Positions 51,274 through 64,000 are shown, numbered from the stretch's first letter. The stretch: DNA of 64,000 nucleotides from Vitrella brassicaformis CCMP3155 (GCA_001179505.1 CDMY01000427.1:14556-78555); one strand, 5' to 3'. The notes: a model not told the origin generated them from the sequence alone. A program made the numbers and translations.

Positions 51274-53571
51274 CTAGCCGCCCTCTTGCTGCTGCAGCTG
51301 CTGCTGTGCTGTCCGTGTGGGTGCTTCTTCGTCTGGCGGCTGCTGCTGCTGCTGCTGCTGGGTGGTGGCAAAGAAGGGCGACTGGTCGATGCTCTTGCCC
51401 TTGGTCTCCAGCACATACATGTAAGTGAACACACACGCAAACAGACACAAACCTGCACACAACCACACACACAGAGGGAGGGAGGGAGGGAGGGAGGGAG
51501 AGAGGGAGGGAGAAAGGACACGTCACCCGACCCCCAGTGAGCCTCCCTGTCTGTGTGTGCAATACCTACCGGCGAAAAGCGAGTATGCGATACTGTTGGG
51601 CATGTACTTCTGGAGAAAGACCACAATCAGGGTGGATGTCCAGTTCATGGCGCTCGCCAAAGCCACTGCCGTCCCGCGGATCTCCACAGGGTAGATCTCA
51701 TTCAGATAGACCCACAAGACCGGCCCGTACGCAACCGCGAAGAAAAACACGAAGCCCAGCACGCTCATCACCGACAGATACACCACCGCCTTGCTCTCCG
51801 GCCCGCCCACCATGTAGGCTATGCTCGTGGGCAGCAACGACAGGCCCTGCCCAGCCGTGCCGATCAGCAACAGGCCCCTGCGACCGAGCGCACTGTCGAT
51901 TGCCGATGCGGCCCCGATGGTGACCACGACGTTGAGAGTGGCCATGGCTGTCGAGCAGAGTGTCGCGCTGCCCTGTGGGACGCCAGCCTTGATGAAGACG
52001 TCATTCGACGCGGCGATGAAGGTGTTAATGCCGCTCCACTGCTGCAACGCCGAGAGCACCGTGCCCACAATGATGGCGTGCCGGTGCTGGGGCGACATGG
52101 CCATGGCCGAGAGCAGCGACATCTGCTTCGATGACGCCTGGTTCGCCTCATCCACCGCCCGAACAATCTCGCTGAGTCGCCGCTCCACCTGCTCGGCGGC
52201 AGCAGAGTCGGCCGCGAGCAGCCGGCTGCCCTCGGTGGTTGTGTGTTGGGCGTCCACTGGAGTCTGCTGCGGGGGGTGGGGGGCGGGGCTGCTGGTGCGG
52301 CCGGCGGTGCTGAGAGAGGTGACGCGGCGCGACTCCGCTCTGCTCGGGGAGTCGTCAGCCGCGCCACCCCGCTTGCTCACAGACGACAGCACCAGACGCT
52401 CCAACACGTGACGGGCCTCGCCTGAACCACAGCCACGCACACATAGGCAGAGATGCACATGCAGGTCACGTCAAGCCACATTGCGTACCCTCTCTTTTCC
52501 GCGTGACGAGGAAGTGGGGCGTTTCGAATGGGTACACGAGAGAGAAGGCGATGAAGCTGATTGCGGCCGGCACGCCGCCCAGCCCCAGGACGACGCGCCA
52601 CCAGGTGTTCTCGAAGGGCGCCAGGGGCGGGGGCGACACCGTGAGTGAGGCCTGCGGGAGGCCCAGCGCAATGGCAAACAGAATGCCGATCGTTATCATC
52701 AGCTGGTGCATCGACCTGACACAGCCAACCATGTGTCAATGCATGCAGCACTCAACATACATGGCCTTCATCCCGCGCCCACACTTACCCATAGAAGCCC
52801 CTGGACTCCTTCTCAGTGACCTCGGCTATGTACAACGGCACCGCGACGGTCACCACACCGACGGACAGGCCCGTAATGATTCTCCCGATCAGCAGGGACC
52901 AGAAATCCACCGCCAGGGCGGACAGCAGGGCGCCGGCGATGAAGGCAAGGTTGTTGTAAAGCAATGTCCGCCGCCGCCCGAAGGACACCAGCTGGCCGCC
53001 GATGAAACAACCCAGGGCTGGGAAGCAGTTGACAAGCATTGACGGTGTGATTTTGTTGTTGTGTTCAGCCGCCCACCTGCTCCCGCGAAGACCATTGTGT
53101 TGATAGAGGCCTGGTTGAAGCGAGAGGCGTCGCAATCTGCACAACGGCGCACAAGGGAGCACTCAGATCATGGTCGGGACACCCATGTGTTGCTGCCTTC
53201 TGCTCACTGATTGTGACGTCGTCGCCACACCACCGGAGAGACAGCGATACCTAAACACATCGCAACACAAACAATACAAACACAAACAAACGCGTCGATG
53301 AGATGCTGCCTGACTGCGCTTCCATGGTTTCCCTTCCCTCACACACATATTCGATGGTCGTGTTGAGATTGGCGATGCTGTACCCGAACAGGAAGCTGCC
53401 GATCACGGCAGCGCAGACCAGCTGAGCTGAATAAGGCGCTACACACATGCCTGAGCACCAAACAGGGCAGAAACGCAGCGCATGGCAACTCATCTTTGAC
53501 GGGCAAGTGCGTCAAATGAGCAGTTTCTTGCAGATCACCTTTCCGTTGGTCACGCTTTACCATTCTCCCAT
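51274..53571 (-). CDS. MFS sugar porter family hexose transporter
   Basis: GSFLFGY, GRRRTL, GRIITGLSVG..VPLYIAEV...RG, HQLMITIGIL, WWRVVLG, ETPHFL, QQWSGIN, GRRGLLL, GPVLWVYLNEIYP..RG and ETKGKS. The exact start exon is uncertain. Confidence 0.93.
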
Positions 53572-53771
53572 CGTGAAAGCGCCAGAGGAAAGCCGCAGCG
53601 AGGTGCGACCTGAAGTGGCTTTCTCCTGCAAGCTTGGCTCGCAGAAATCAGGAGATCTTTGTTCTCTCAGCAAACGCAGCCCTCCAGAGGCTTTTCCTGT
53701 TGCCTCCAAGCCGCCCCTTTTTGTTATTTTTTTGTGTTGTTTCTGACGCACACCGAGACGCACTGGGCAGA

Positions 53772-56113
53772 ATGAGTGACAACATCGCTATTCGTGTGGC
53801 CTTCGGCGACTGGATCATCAGCCGACTGCGGCAGCTGCAAGATGAGAAGGGCACCGACGCCAGCAGAGCACTCAGTGGCCTCACCTGGCGCACCGAGGGC
53901 AGCGTGTTCGTGTGCGAGTGGCGCGGCAAGCAGCCCGAGATGCAGACCCTCTCCTTGTCAACGAGCATGGACCTGGTGGATGTGAAGAAGCTGAGCCCGG
54001 ATCGTGGCAGAGTGAGATGGTGAAGGCCTTCAGCAGTGGGGTGGGTAAGATGGTGCTGGGTGCGGCAGGGGTGCCATTCAGCCTGGAGTGGCGCCCGCCC
54101 ACCCGTGGAGGCCCGGGAGAGATGCTCGTCAATACGACCGATCGGACAGGTGCGGCAGGCAGCTGTGTCATTCGTTCGTGGCTATGTTATGTTGGCTGGT
54201 GCTTGCCTTGACTGACAGATCGCCCACTGCCCACCGGCAAGTCGCCGTCACAGCTCGTCAAGCCATTGGCCGGTATGTAGGACCACACAACACACACATC
54301 CAGACACCCCTCGCTCTCGCTGGACACCCCGTGTGTGTTGGTTTGTGCCAGGTCCTGTTGTGCGCCGTGTGTTCCGTGGCTGGACGGCCGTGCGCGTGAG
54401 CGCTGCGGAGCAGTCGCTTATCATTGGCGAACGACAACAAGGTCGGCACACAGACGCATGTACTCCCTGAGTGTGGCCCTCACCGTGGCATTGTTTCAGA
54501 TCACATGGACACGGCTGGGCGCGCCGACGGTCGGCAGCTGGAGGAGACCGACAACAGCCTCCCCCCTCTCCCTGACCCACACACACAGCAGCAACACCCC
54601 TCTGCACCGGCCAGCAGTGCCAAGGACCACCCGCACCCGCAACAACACGACACGGCTGACGGGCGTGATTCTGCAGCCGAGGGCCCCACCGCACCCTCCA
54701 CTGCTGACATTGCCCAGGCGGACGTCGATGCCATGCACATCGACGGCGACAAGGGCACCGACCACACCGAGGAGCGCGACTGCAACACAGCTGTGGAGCG
54801 TGTCGGTGGTCGTGTGGGTGTCGGTCACGGTGGCGAGCGAGTTGTGGCCGAGGAGGGCGAGACTGTGGTGGGTGACGGGGAGAGGGGGCTGCCCGAGACT
54901 GGCGTGTCTCCAGCCGATGGCCCCACTGCCCCCTCCATTGCTGAGCCTCCCGCACCAGCTGCTGGGGAGACCGACACGCATATTGACAAGGACGCCGAGG
55001 CAGACGACGATACACCTGCCGATGGTGCTGACGGTGCTGTGGTTGTGGGAGGAGGTGACGAGCGATGTGGGGTGACGGAGGAAGTGGGTGTTGTGGGCGT
55101 GGGTCAACATGGCGGACAAGCCGAGGCTGAGGAGACCACCATTGCAGCGTGTGACGGGGATGAAGGGGAGGGTCACGCCGCTGTGAATGACATGGCACCG
55201 GAGGCTCTGCACGATGGTGAGTAGGGGGAGATCAAACAAATACACATAGGGGGAGCCAATCGACTCATTCGCTGGTGTGATGTACACTGCAGGTGGTGAG
55301 GTGGCATCCAAGGCACTCTCTCCGCCATCCCCACTTCCGCACACAGACCAGCACCACGACAAGCAGCTTATGAGCGGCGACGCTGCCCCATCCATCGCCC
55401 CTCCCCCATCGCCTCCCGTCGCCTCGCCGGTGGAGATGGCCGACGCAGACATTGACGGCATGGAGGGCGATCAGCCCGACAACGACGCCACGGCCGCCGC
55501 CCTCAACAGCTGCGGCCTCGCCGGGCCGGGCTGTGAGGACCGCAACATGCAACACGGCCTCTCTCCCATCGCACCCGGCAAGCGTCCCCGCGACCAGGCG
55601 CGGAAGAAGCAGACGGCCCAGCGTCAGCGCGAGACCCCCGAAACGGAGGAGGGTCTCCTGATCAGCGCCAAGGCCGCCCTGGAGTCCCATGCTGCCCATT
55701 CCAAGACAGACATCCACCTCGACATGGACAGCATTCACTATGACGTGGTGGACGATGTGACGGTCAGGGTCACCGTCCCCGTGGAGCCGGACGATGGAAA
55801 GCCCTTTTCGGTGACCGAGACTGTCACGCGAGGCGGCGCCAGTGGACGTGTGGCCACACGCTCCACTGGCTGGGACTTCAGAGAGCTGTGGAGCAAGCTG
55901 GAGCAGGCTCTCGGGGTGCATGACGACGTCCCACAGCCACCGCCGTCCAAGAAACGCCGACAGCAGTCATCCCCCACGGAATCTCGTCATGACAGTGGTG
56001 CTGCTGCTGGTGGTGGTGTCCAATATGAGGAGGCGGTCGACATGGATGTGATGGAGGAGGCGAGGAAGGCCGAGGCGGCGGAGGCAGCCGAGGCAGCTAC
56101 ACGCATCAACTAA
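53772..56113 (+). CDS. Hypothetical protein with long acidic low-complexity exons; possible frameshift at about 53955
   Basis: ORFs 53634-54023, 53912-54211, 54424-55224 and 55277-56113 have splice-like boundaries. The C-terminal segment VTVRVTVPV..WDFRELWSKLEQ looks globular, and PPSKKRR is NLS-like. Confidence 0.5.
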
Positions 56114-57077
56114 CTGACACAGAGAAGGTCAGCAGAGGGGAGACAGACACCTGTGTGTGGGGCGTCACGTTATGCATCCGTCTTTCTCTCTCTCTGTGTA
56201 TGTGTGTTGCGTCTCTAGGCCGGCCGGCGATCGCTACTCCTTTTTCCTGCATACAGACCGACCAGGGGCTCAGCAAGAGGGAGAGGAGGGGAGGCCGCTA
56301 TTTGTCAATTGCTTGCTTTATCTTCCTGTGTATGAGTGTGTGTATCGTCGTATGGGTCAGAGTGTATTTATATGACTCGCTGCCGTAGTCCATTACATCG
56401 CATTGCGTGTTGCCATTCTCGTTGCCCCACTCACTCACTCACTCACTCACTCACTGCACCGTGTAAATAAGCCATCCATCGCATTGTGACGTACATGTGC
56501 CTTCCATGATGCGCATCTCCCTCTCTCTCTCTCTCTCTCCATGTGTGTATGTGTCTGTGTGTGTGTGTCTGTGTGCGCGTCTTTCCGCGAATGTGTGCTG
56601 GGTTGTGTGCATTTAAGGCTTTCTCCAGGTGATAGCCAGTGCCTACCTGGTTTGTCTGCCCACGCGCCATTGCTGCCTTGGGTCGCTGCATTCATTGTCA
56701 TGTCTTCAGCTGCCGGCAGTGTGTCGGCGCCGATGAGTGGGGCAGAAAAGAAAGGGCAGGCAGGCAGGCAGGCAGAAAGCAATGTGATGTGCAGAAAGGC
56801 GAACAATGACCGACTGGCTGTCTTTGTTTTGTTGGTCGGATTCTGTCTGGCTGTCTCTCTGGCTGCCGGTTGGGTGATTTTGTCTCGCTATGTGGTGCAT
56901 GGTGTGGAGTGTGGAGTGTCGTCTTCCGCCTGTAGCTTCCCTCTGTGATGTGTGCTCGCGAGAGTTTCCTCATCTCTCGCTGATGCACTTGTCATGAGCG
57001 GAGGCATGACAGACGAAAAACGACACAAACACAGTAGACAAAGAGGGCACGGCATGTAAATACTTGACTCAGAAGTC

Positions 57078-58628
57078 ATGTCTTGTTTTTACCATCCTCA
57101 CGCCCCATGGGGCGCCTACAGCAGGCTGCCGCCACGCCAGCACCCAATGCAGACCAGTAACACCGCTGCCCGTGAGGCTGATGCAGACATTGCAAAGGAC
57201 ACCGGCAGCAAAGAGGCAACAGCAGAGTTTGACGGCGCCGAGAAAGGGCCGGCTGAGTATGCGGCCGCGGCGTGTGCGGAGTGCAGTGTCATTTTCCTGC
57301 GAGGCCCTCTCTTCTGCGAGTCCATCGGCCCCGTTTCCGTGCTCTCGTCTGGTTCTGCTGGCAAGTGGCGTGTGATGGCGGCGGAGGAGGTGGTGGACCA
57401 GATGGAGAGGGCGTTCACCGATACGACTGCTGCTGCATCGGCGCACTGGCGGGTGAGGGGGAGTGGAAGGCATCTGCAATGAGAAATTGTTGGTTCGGCT
57501 CTCTCTCTCCTTGTGATATCGGTCAGGTTGGTTCGCCTGTCTGGAAAGCAGAGGACGGCATTCTCTACGGTTCGGTGCATTCGATGGATGCATCATTCAT
57601 CCATCCATCCATCCACTGATCCATCCACTGATTCATCCATCCCCGTGTTGTTCGTCAGGTCCTTTGCTGTGCGTTAGCTGTGGTCACGTGTTGGCCTATT
57701 TCACTCTGGCTGGCGTGTCGTCCAAGCACACATTGCTGCGGCAGGTGCTGTGCGACGATAAGGGCCTCTCCCTGCAGCCTGTGCGGAGCATGGCCGATGG
57801 CACCGATGGCCAGGCCGATGGGTATGAGAAGGTACGGACACGCTTGACCGTCCAATGTATTCGTTTGCAAGGCTGCTGGCTGCTGGCTGGTGTGTGTGTA
57901 GGTGTGTGAGGCCGACAAGGTAGATGAGAGAAAGACGTCTCCAGGCCAGCCAGGTGACTACTTGCCGATGAGACTGTCTCGTGCACAGCTGCATAAATTG
58001 CTTTCCTGTTTCGTCTTCCTGCGTATAGATGACGCATCGCGTGTCGATACGCCTGCCGTCGACGGTGGTGCTCCGGCTGCATCGCCCTCCCCCTCCCCCG
58101 CAGCTGCATCGCCGTCCATGTCTGTGTCTCCTCCCCCCCGCATTGGCCAACCGAAACCCATCCCGCTCAAACCGAAGGGGGCCGTCCGCAAGCAGAGGGG
58201 ACAGAGCACGCCACTCCTGCCTCAGACATACTCGATGCCCGTCTCACCTCCGCCCGCACAAATCCTTCGGTACACACACACATACGCTGCATACGCTGTA
58301 TACGCTGTGTCTCTGTTGCATTTGTTCATGCTCGTTCCTGCAGTCACTCTGGCGGTGTGGGTGCGCCCCGGCACGCTCAACAGAAGAAGCGGTCGATGCT
58401 GTCCCGGCCGAACCACATGCCCATCCCCAAGAAATGCCGCAGCGGTGTGCTGGGGGCGAGCCCACTCGCATCGCCATCAGTGCCTGCAACCAGTGGCGAT
58501 GTGCGCCATCAGGTATCTATCTCGGCGCCTCATGGATGGATGAATGGATCAAGATGGCCATTGTGTATGTGTGTGCGTGTCAGGTGGCTTCTCCGGCGGG
58601 CAAGGGTGCTGCGGGAGGGCAGCAGTGA
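57078..58628 (+). CDS. Yippee/Mis18-like zinc-binding domain protein
   Basis: Two CxxC pairs across exons: ACAECSVIF ... VGSPVWKAEDGILY|GPLLCVSCGHVLAYF..LLRQVLCDDKGLSL. This matches the Mis18 layout (G..Y..L.C.SC...L.Y). Confidence 0.58.
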
Positions 58629-59179
58629 GACTGCGACATGAGACACCACATATTCGTGTGAGGAGAGCGATTGCAGTGAGGGGTTCATTTGTGGAGGGTC
58701 TGCAGTGACGTGTTTGCTGCCGACGAATACGTGAAGACAGGAGTCGGACGGACGGGTGGATCGATGGATGTGCGTGGGCCCTTTTGCATATGGCGACTGT
58801 ATATAGACATCGCATCCATGGTTATCGGTGTGAATGTTTGCACCTCATCGTGGAAGGTCTGTTCATGCACGTCTTCAACTAGTCATTGAACTGCCGTCAG
58901 ATATAAATTGTAGGCAGAGATCGAGAGGAGCGACGAAGACACGATTAACCAATCGTCAGCATATAAAATGTAGGCAGCGGTTGTACAGAAGACGCCTCCC
59001 TTCTGCAGCTGACGCACTCCCTCCCTGCTTGCCTCCCTGTGGGCGTCATCGACCGACGCAAGCAGCAACGAAGGGCGAACAGTCGACGTCGGGCTTGTGT
59101 GTTGCTCCTAAAAAGAGAAGGTGGACGCCACACTCCAGTGTGGTGACGATGCACACCTCACACATCACCTCGCAATTCT

Positions 59180-59455
59180 GACGCCTGGTTGTGGGATGGG
59201 GCGGTCTTCTTCACGTTCGTCGGTTCCGGCATCGTAGAGAAGGCCGACGAAGTTGAATGTTCAACTTGAACTTGTCAAGTTCGCCAAATGGGGGCTCTGT
59301 GAGGAAGCTGTGTCGGCGTGGCTGGCCGTCGTGTCGGCATTGAACCTCAGCTGAAGCCTGGGCGGTGCCGAGGGGACGAGGCGCGAGGACGGTCTCGGTG
59401 ACGCCTGGTTGTGGGATGGGGCGGTCTTCTTCATGTTCGTCGGTTCCGGCATCGT
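59180..59455. repeat. 56-bp direct repeat pair (59180-59235 and 59400-59455, one mismatch)
   Basis: gacgcctggttgtgggatggggcggtcttcttca[c/t]gttcgtcggttccggcatcgt occurs twice, 220 bp apart. Confidence 0.95.
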
Positions 59456-60073
59456 CACATACAACAAAACTTGAATGCCAACAAATTCTCGTGATGGGGG
59501 CTCGGTCGCAACTTGCTCGGTCGTGGGGGCAACCCGATCCACTGAACCAGGCCAGCAAGCGATTCAATTGATATTCACTGTGATGGTTCGTGGCTCTTCT
59601 GTACCCGATTGAGGCCATCCAGCGGTCCTTGTGACCTCTGCAATGCTCTCCACACGCTTTAGCAGACAGCCACAAACTTAACCAGGGCTTTGAAGGGTTG
59701 CCGACGGCCAACGCGTTGAATGGATAATCACTTGCAGCCGATATAAAAAGCAGGCAGCGATTGAGACGTCTGACGAGCAAAGACACACAGAACACCGGCG
59801 AGTCACATCTTGGATGAATGTCTCCTCATGTCTCCCCTCCTTCTCTCGTGCTCACTCTGTAAAGGCCTCTCCATCGCTGATGGGGCGGATTGCAACACCA
59901 TCTCTATGAATGGCACAAGCACCGTGAAGCACGCAGCCCACGGCAGCTGGGAAAAAGAAACAATGGCGCTACACACAGTGATTGGCCCTATCTCTCGTCC
60001 AAACACGATATCGATTGCAGTGAAGCGCATGTGTGTGTGTGTGTGTGTGTGTGTGCTTGTGTGTGTCACCCAC

Positions 60074-60653
60074 CTTCTGGTAGATGGCCAAGGCCTCCTG
60101 GTAGAGGTGGCGCTGCTCGGGCCGTCGCAGTTGTCGAGGCGGTGGATGTAGCCCATCACGCGCCCCTTGTCGGCCTTGATGGCCGTCAGGATCAGCAAGT
60201 TCTGCAATTTGCGGATGCCTGAGAAATCTGCACCAACCACATAAGCAGACACATCACACCACACATGGGCAGGAGGCCCTCTGTGTGTGGTCTGTCAGCC
60301 CCCGCTCACCGGAGCTGTGGATTACCATCTTCTCGAGGGGCTCGATGAGCTCCTGCGGCAGGTCGGCCCTGTTAAAGGCCTCCACCGTGGCAGCGACCTC
60401 GTCAGGACTGCGGCTCCTGACGCCTTGGCGAACGAGGCCCCAAAGGTCCTGGCTTTGCCGCTGCACCAGGTACCTCGCCTGCATCTGAAGGAGGCCGTTC
60501 TTGTTGGTCAACTCGACCAGCTCCTTGTCGCACGACCCCCCGGCACGCCTGTAGGCCGTGAAGGCGAGTTGCGCCTTGTTGCGGTCCTCGCAGTACTTGC
60601 CAAGCAGCTTGGAATCGTAGAAAGCGTTAGTTCTGAGGAAGGTCTTGGGGTTT
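60074..60653 (-). pseudogene. CLTC: Two-exon internal fragment of clathrin heavy chain with deletions
   Basis: NPKTFLRTNAFYDSKLLGKYCEDR..LAFTAYRR..CDKELVELTNKNGLLQMQARYLV..DLW..SPDEVAATVEAF..ADLPQELIEPLEKMV|[35 protein letters not shown], then a frameshift to [11 protein letters not shown]. Confidence 0.9.
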
Positions 60654-60989
60654 CTGCAGACACAAACAAACACAGGGACTGGTTGATGCATTCATTCATC
60701 CATTCCTTCTGTGCGTGTGTGTGTGTGTGTGATCACTGACCTGTGTGTGTCGATATAGATCTTGGCGAGCTGGTTGTGGTGGTCCGGCTTCGGCTGCCCT
60801 CCGCAACTCGCTCCTCCAGCCAGTCCACCAGACGCACTGCACGCAGGACAGACACCACACAAATGGCACAAAGATGCGGTCATCCATCCATTTGTCCGTC
60901 AGCGTGTGAGCCTGTGAGCCTCTGTGAGTGCAGGTGTGTGGGAGGGTCTCATGCGTGCCTTCGACACGGATGGTGCGTTTCTCCTGAAA

Positions 60990-61236
60990 CGTCTTGGGCA
61001 GGTCGCGGGCGACGTACCACAGAATGTAGGCCCCCGAACCTGACACAAACAGATGCACACACACACACATGGGCGAGTCTCTCTTGTTGTGCTGCGTCCC
61101 CTCCCCTCGTACCCTGCAGCTGTCCCTCAGGCTTGTCGTCCGGCAAAAACTCTGAGGTGAAGTGGTCGTCGAAGCGCACCCACGACTCGATGCCACCAAC
61201 CATCAACTTGACCCAGCTGCCCACCACACACACAAA

Positions 61237-61271
<35 letters not shown>

Positions 61272-62533
61272 CAAGAGGGACATACACACATGTCCGTCCT
61301 GCAGTAATGCCCTGTCGATCGGTCGGTGTGTCTGTCTGTCTGTCTGTGTGTGTGGCGTCCAGGCCGCCGTCGTGGATTGTGACGGCGTAGAGATTGAAGT
61401 CGCGGCTAATGAAGGGACCCTCTGAACACACAACACATGGATAGAAGAGGTGAAAGAGAAGGCAAGAGGGTAGATGTCGAGTGTTCGTCACGATATGAAG
61501 AGCTTTTGCTGACGGCTTACTTAGGAGCTCCGCTTTTATCTGAAGACACAGCTCGCTTTCCTGCTGAATTTCTGAACACAGACTGCCTTTGTGGCTTCCA
61601 TACGTTGTCGTCATTGAATTTCTCGGCCGGCTGCAAGACACAAAGATGAATTACATGGTTTTTTCAGTCTGTCTCTTTTTCTCGCTTTTTTCCGTCGGCC
61701 CAAGGGATCGCGTTTCTGGAAAGCAGCGGGCAGGGAATCCGACGTGCACGTAAACACCAGACTCACCCACCTTAAGTGAAATGCGTCGAGAAAGAGAGAC
61801 GGGAAAAAAGAGAGAGCCACCAGTTCATCTGCACGTACAAACACGGCAAGAGGAGGCATCTGAGCACACCCATGGCAACGAAATGCACCATGCATTCATC
61901 CCTACACTTCATCCACACACCACACCATCACCACACCCAAGAGACAGACGCACAGGCCGCATTCATATGGATTTACCTGACGGAGTCGGTTTGGGCGAAA
62001 AGAAGGCGCCTGGGCACTTGGCTGACGCCAGGCAGGCGCCAGCCGCTCCGCAGAAGGCAGGGCGCCAGCAAACGAGGCCTCGCCCGGGGCACGGCGGTGG
62101 AGGAAAAAAGTGGCGGATGAAATCCGGACGAGTTGGGAGGGGTACAGGGAGATGCGGCGGACAACACAAGCCAACAACCAGCCGAAAAGAAAAAGAAACG
62201 GAGGAGATGTGGCCGAAAGAAGGCTGCAAAGCCGAACGCGGCGGGAAAGTGAAGAAACTGGTGCAGGCTCGTAAATCATATCTGTCTCCGTCTCAGCTCG
62301 CAGAAATCTCGCCGCATTTGAATTTCGCTTTCTGCGGACGACAGGAGGCCAGTAAAGGCAGAGAGAGCCAGAGACGATGGCTGCTGCCGCAGAAGAAGCC
62401 AGATTGCGTGCGAAATCCGCTCACTTTTCTTTTTCGTCGGTTTGGTCGGATGGAGGTCTGACGTCTGAGATGCGATGCGCCTGTGTGGGTGCAGAGGTCC
62501 TTCATTTGACATCTAGTGGATCCTCAGCGAGGC
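60990..62533 (-). pseudogene. USP His-box module plus upstream region; direct duplicate of about 35820-37356
   Basis: FNLYAVTIHDGGLDA..SWVKLMVGGIESWVRFDD..QLQG|SGAYILWY. Nucleotide colinearity with the 36-37 kb block ends at ggatc[c/t]tcagcgaggc. Confidence 0.75.
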
Positions 62534-62885
62534 TCTAAGTACCCCACCAGCCAGCATTATTTGTGACAGGAACGGCTTGCATTTCTTGTGTGTTGACCTT
62601 TGCAGTGGATGGATTTCACGCCATGGTCTGCCACACACACACACGAACACACTGTTACTGTTACTGCACTGCTTAGCAGCTTGGCAAAAAATTCTCGTCC
62701 CTCTACCAAACAATCAGACAGTCAAGACAGACAGACAGACAGACACGCAGACAGCCAGCCAGGCGGACAAAGCAAAAACACACAACACACAACACACAAC
62801 ACACAACACAACACACATCACATCACATCACAGCACAAATCACATGCATGGACCTCATGAATGGCACAAATCACATACATATTCA

Positions 62886-64000
62886 TTAACGATCACACAA
62901 ATGTACACGCATCCATTCAGACGTCGTCAAATCGTTGGATGGGGAGGGGAGGGGTGCGGGGAAGAACCACCGCACCACCCTCCCCAACCCCTTCCACCAG
63001 TGCCCTCTGCTGGCCGTGGTCGTGGCTGTGGCCGTGTGCTGCTGGCCCCCGGCTGCTGCCGCTGCTGCTGCTGGTGTGGTTGTGGTTGTTGCCGTAGCCT
63101 TGCCGCTCTGCAGTGCGTCGACCAGCGCATCAGCCGCCAGCATCGATGTGTCCCTCCAGTGGCCGCCACCACCACCAACCTTTGGAGCAGCAGCAGCAGC
63201 AGCAGGTGGTGGTGTGTGGGCGTTGGCGTGGCTGTCTGCTGCAGCCGGGAAGGGGAGGTAGAGGTACTGGTGCTCGCCCAGCTTGATGGTGGTCTTCTGC
63301 CCAGCGTGTGTGTGGCCGCTGACGGGGGGCGGGAGGTCCTCCGGGGCGTCTGGCTCGTCTGAGGGCGAGAGGAGGTGAGATGAGGGCGGGAAGCACGCCT
63401 CGGGGGTGATCTCGGCAGAAGGGGACTTGACGGGCGCCTCCAACTGATCAACAGGTACACAGACATACAGCGAGAACGACTGCAGATTGTCGCGTGTCTG
63501 TCTGACGGTATGGCCGCAAGTTCTGCTGCTCACCGTTTGTGACACGTCGAGTTTGCCGAGGATGCTGTTGCTCAGCTGGAATGGGTGTTCGGTGGTGGCT
63601 GGGTCGGGCTGCGGCACCGCGCCGCTCGAGCTGGCCAGGGCGGCCGGCAGGTCGTAGTCGATGTCAGGATTGACCTCGGAGAGTGGCGACAGGGTCAGGT
63701 CGTGGTCGGAGTCCCTCTCAGGCAATGCCGCCACCGATTCGGGCGGCATGTCAGGACGGCTGCCCAGCAGACGGCCAATCACACGCAACGCTGACCACAG
63801 GTGAGAGAGAGAGGGAGATGGGTGTGTGTGTGTGTGTGTGTTGGTTATATCTACCGAGTGGCAGGGTCTCCAGTTCTGGCGGCGGGCTGGACGTCCATGT
63901 TGGGGCAGAGCTGCCGCAGCAGCCGGACAGAGTTGGTGCGGTCCAGCTCACCCAGGTGGATGTGCTTCGGAACCAACGGACACTTCTCGGACAAATCTGC
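62886..64000 (-). CDS. 3' part of a hypothetical protein (runs off the right edge)
   Basis: Exon-like segments ..KHIHLGELDRTNSVRLLRQLCP..| and ORF 62886-63788 with Ala/Thr/Pro-rich tracts. Confidence 0.5.

Noticed and set aside
56722-56948. Small single-TM ORF upstream of the Mis18-like gene
   Set aside because: The hydrophobicity may come from TG/TC-rich low-complexity sequence; no other support.
16436-59761. TATAAAA in the recurring motif as a TATA box
   Set aside because: It is absent from the spacers of intact genes, lies next to minus-strand splice acceptors and has no consistent plus-strand gene downstream.
61295-61320. GHY microexon (cag|GG CAT TAC) supplying the missing USP His
   Set aside because: It sits in intron-like microsatellite sequence without proper flanking donors, and the paralog has CAT TAA; probably chance.

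Overview
Eukaryotic, GC-rich genomic DNA with many short GT-AG introns rich in (CA)n/(CAGA)n/(CCAT)n microsatellites. The gene style and content suggest a chromerid alveolate such as Vitrella brassicaformis; this is inferred, not tested. All gene models and family assignments were made by eye, with no database searches. The intact genes mostly sit in head-to-head pairs: PPIL1 / helical-repeat protein, GT47 exostosin / F-box-like family gene, plastid-type GAPDH / cathepsin-B-like pseudoprotease, DUF2461 / amino-acid transporter, LRR / BTB-like protein, F-box-like family gene / SSXT-SANT protein, and MFS sugar transporter / hypothetical protein. A Mis18/Yippee-like gene follows. Two islands (about 16.4-37.4 kb and 58.8-62.5 kb) consist of same-orientation, shuffled, decaying modules: USP C-terminal exons, a kinase-PAM2 gene, a UBM, clathrin heavy chain fragments and P/Q-rich exons. 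These are punctuated by 16 copies of one ~21-nt motif. The most notable observations are this motif-anchored module array, a four-exon in-frame signal-peptide/Cys-domain extension on GAPDH, a TGCGAGCT/AGATCT motif enriched in the divergent spacers, and introns whose 5' and 3' halves are complementary. There are three 300-N assembly gaps. I found no tRNA, rRNA or CRISPR array.
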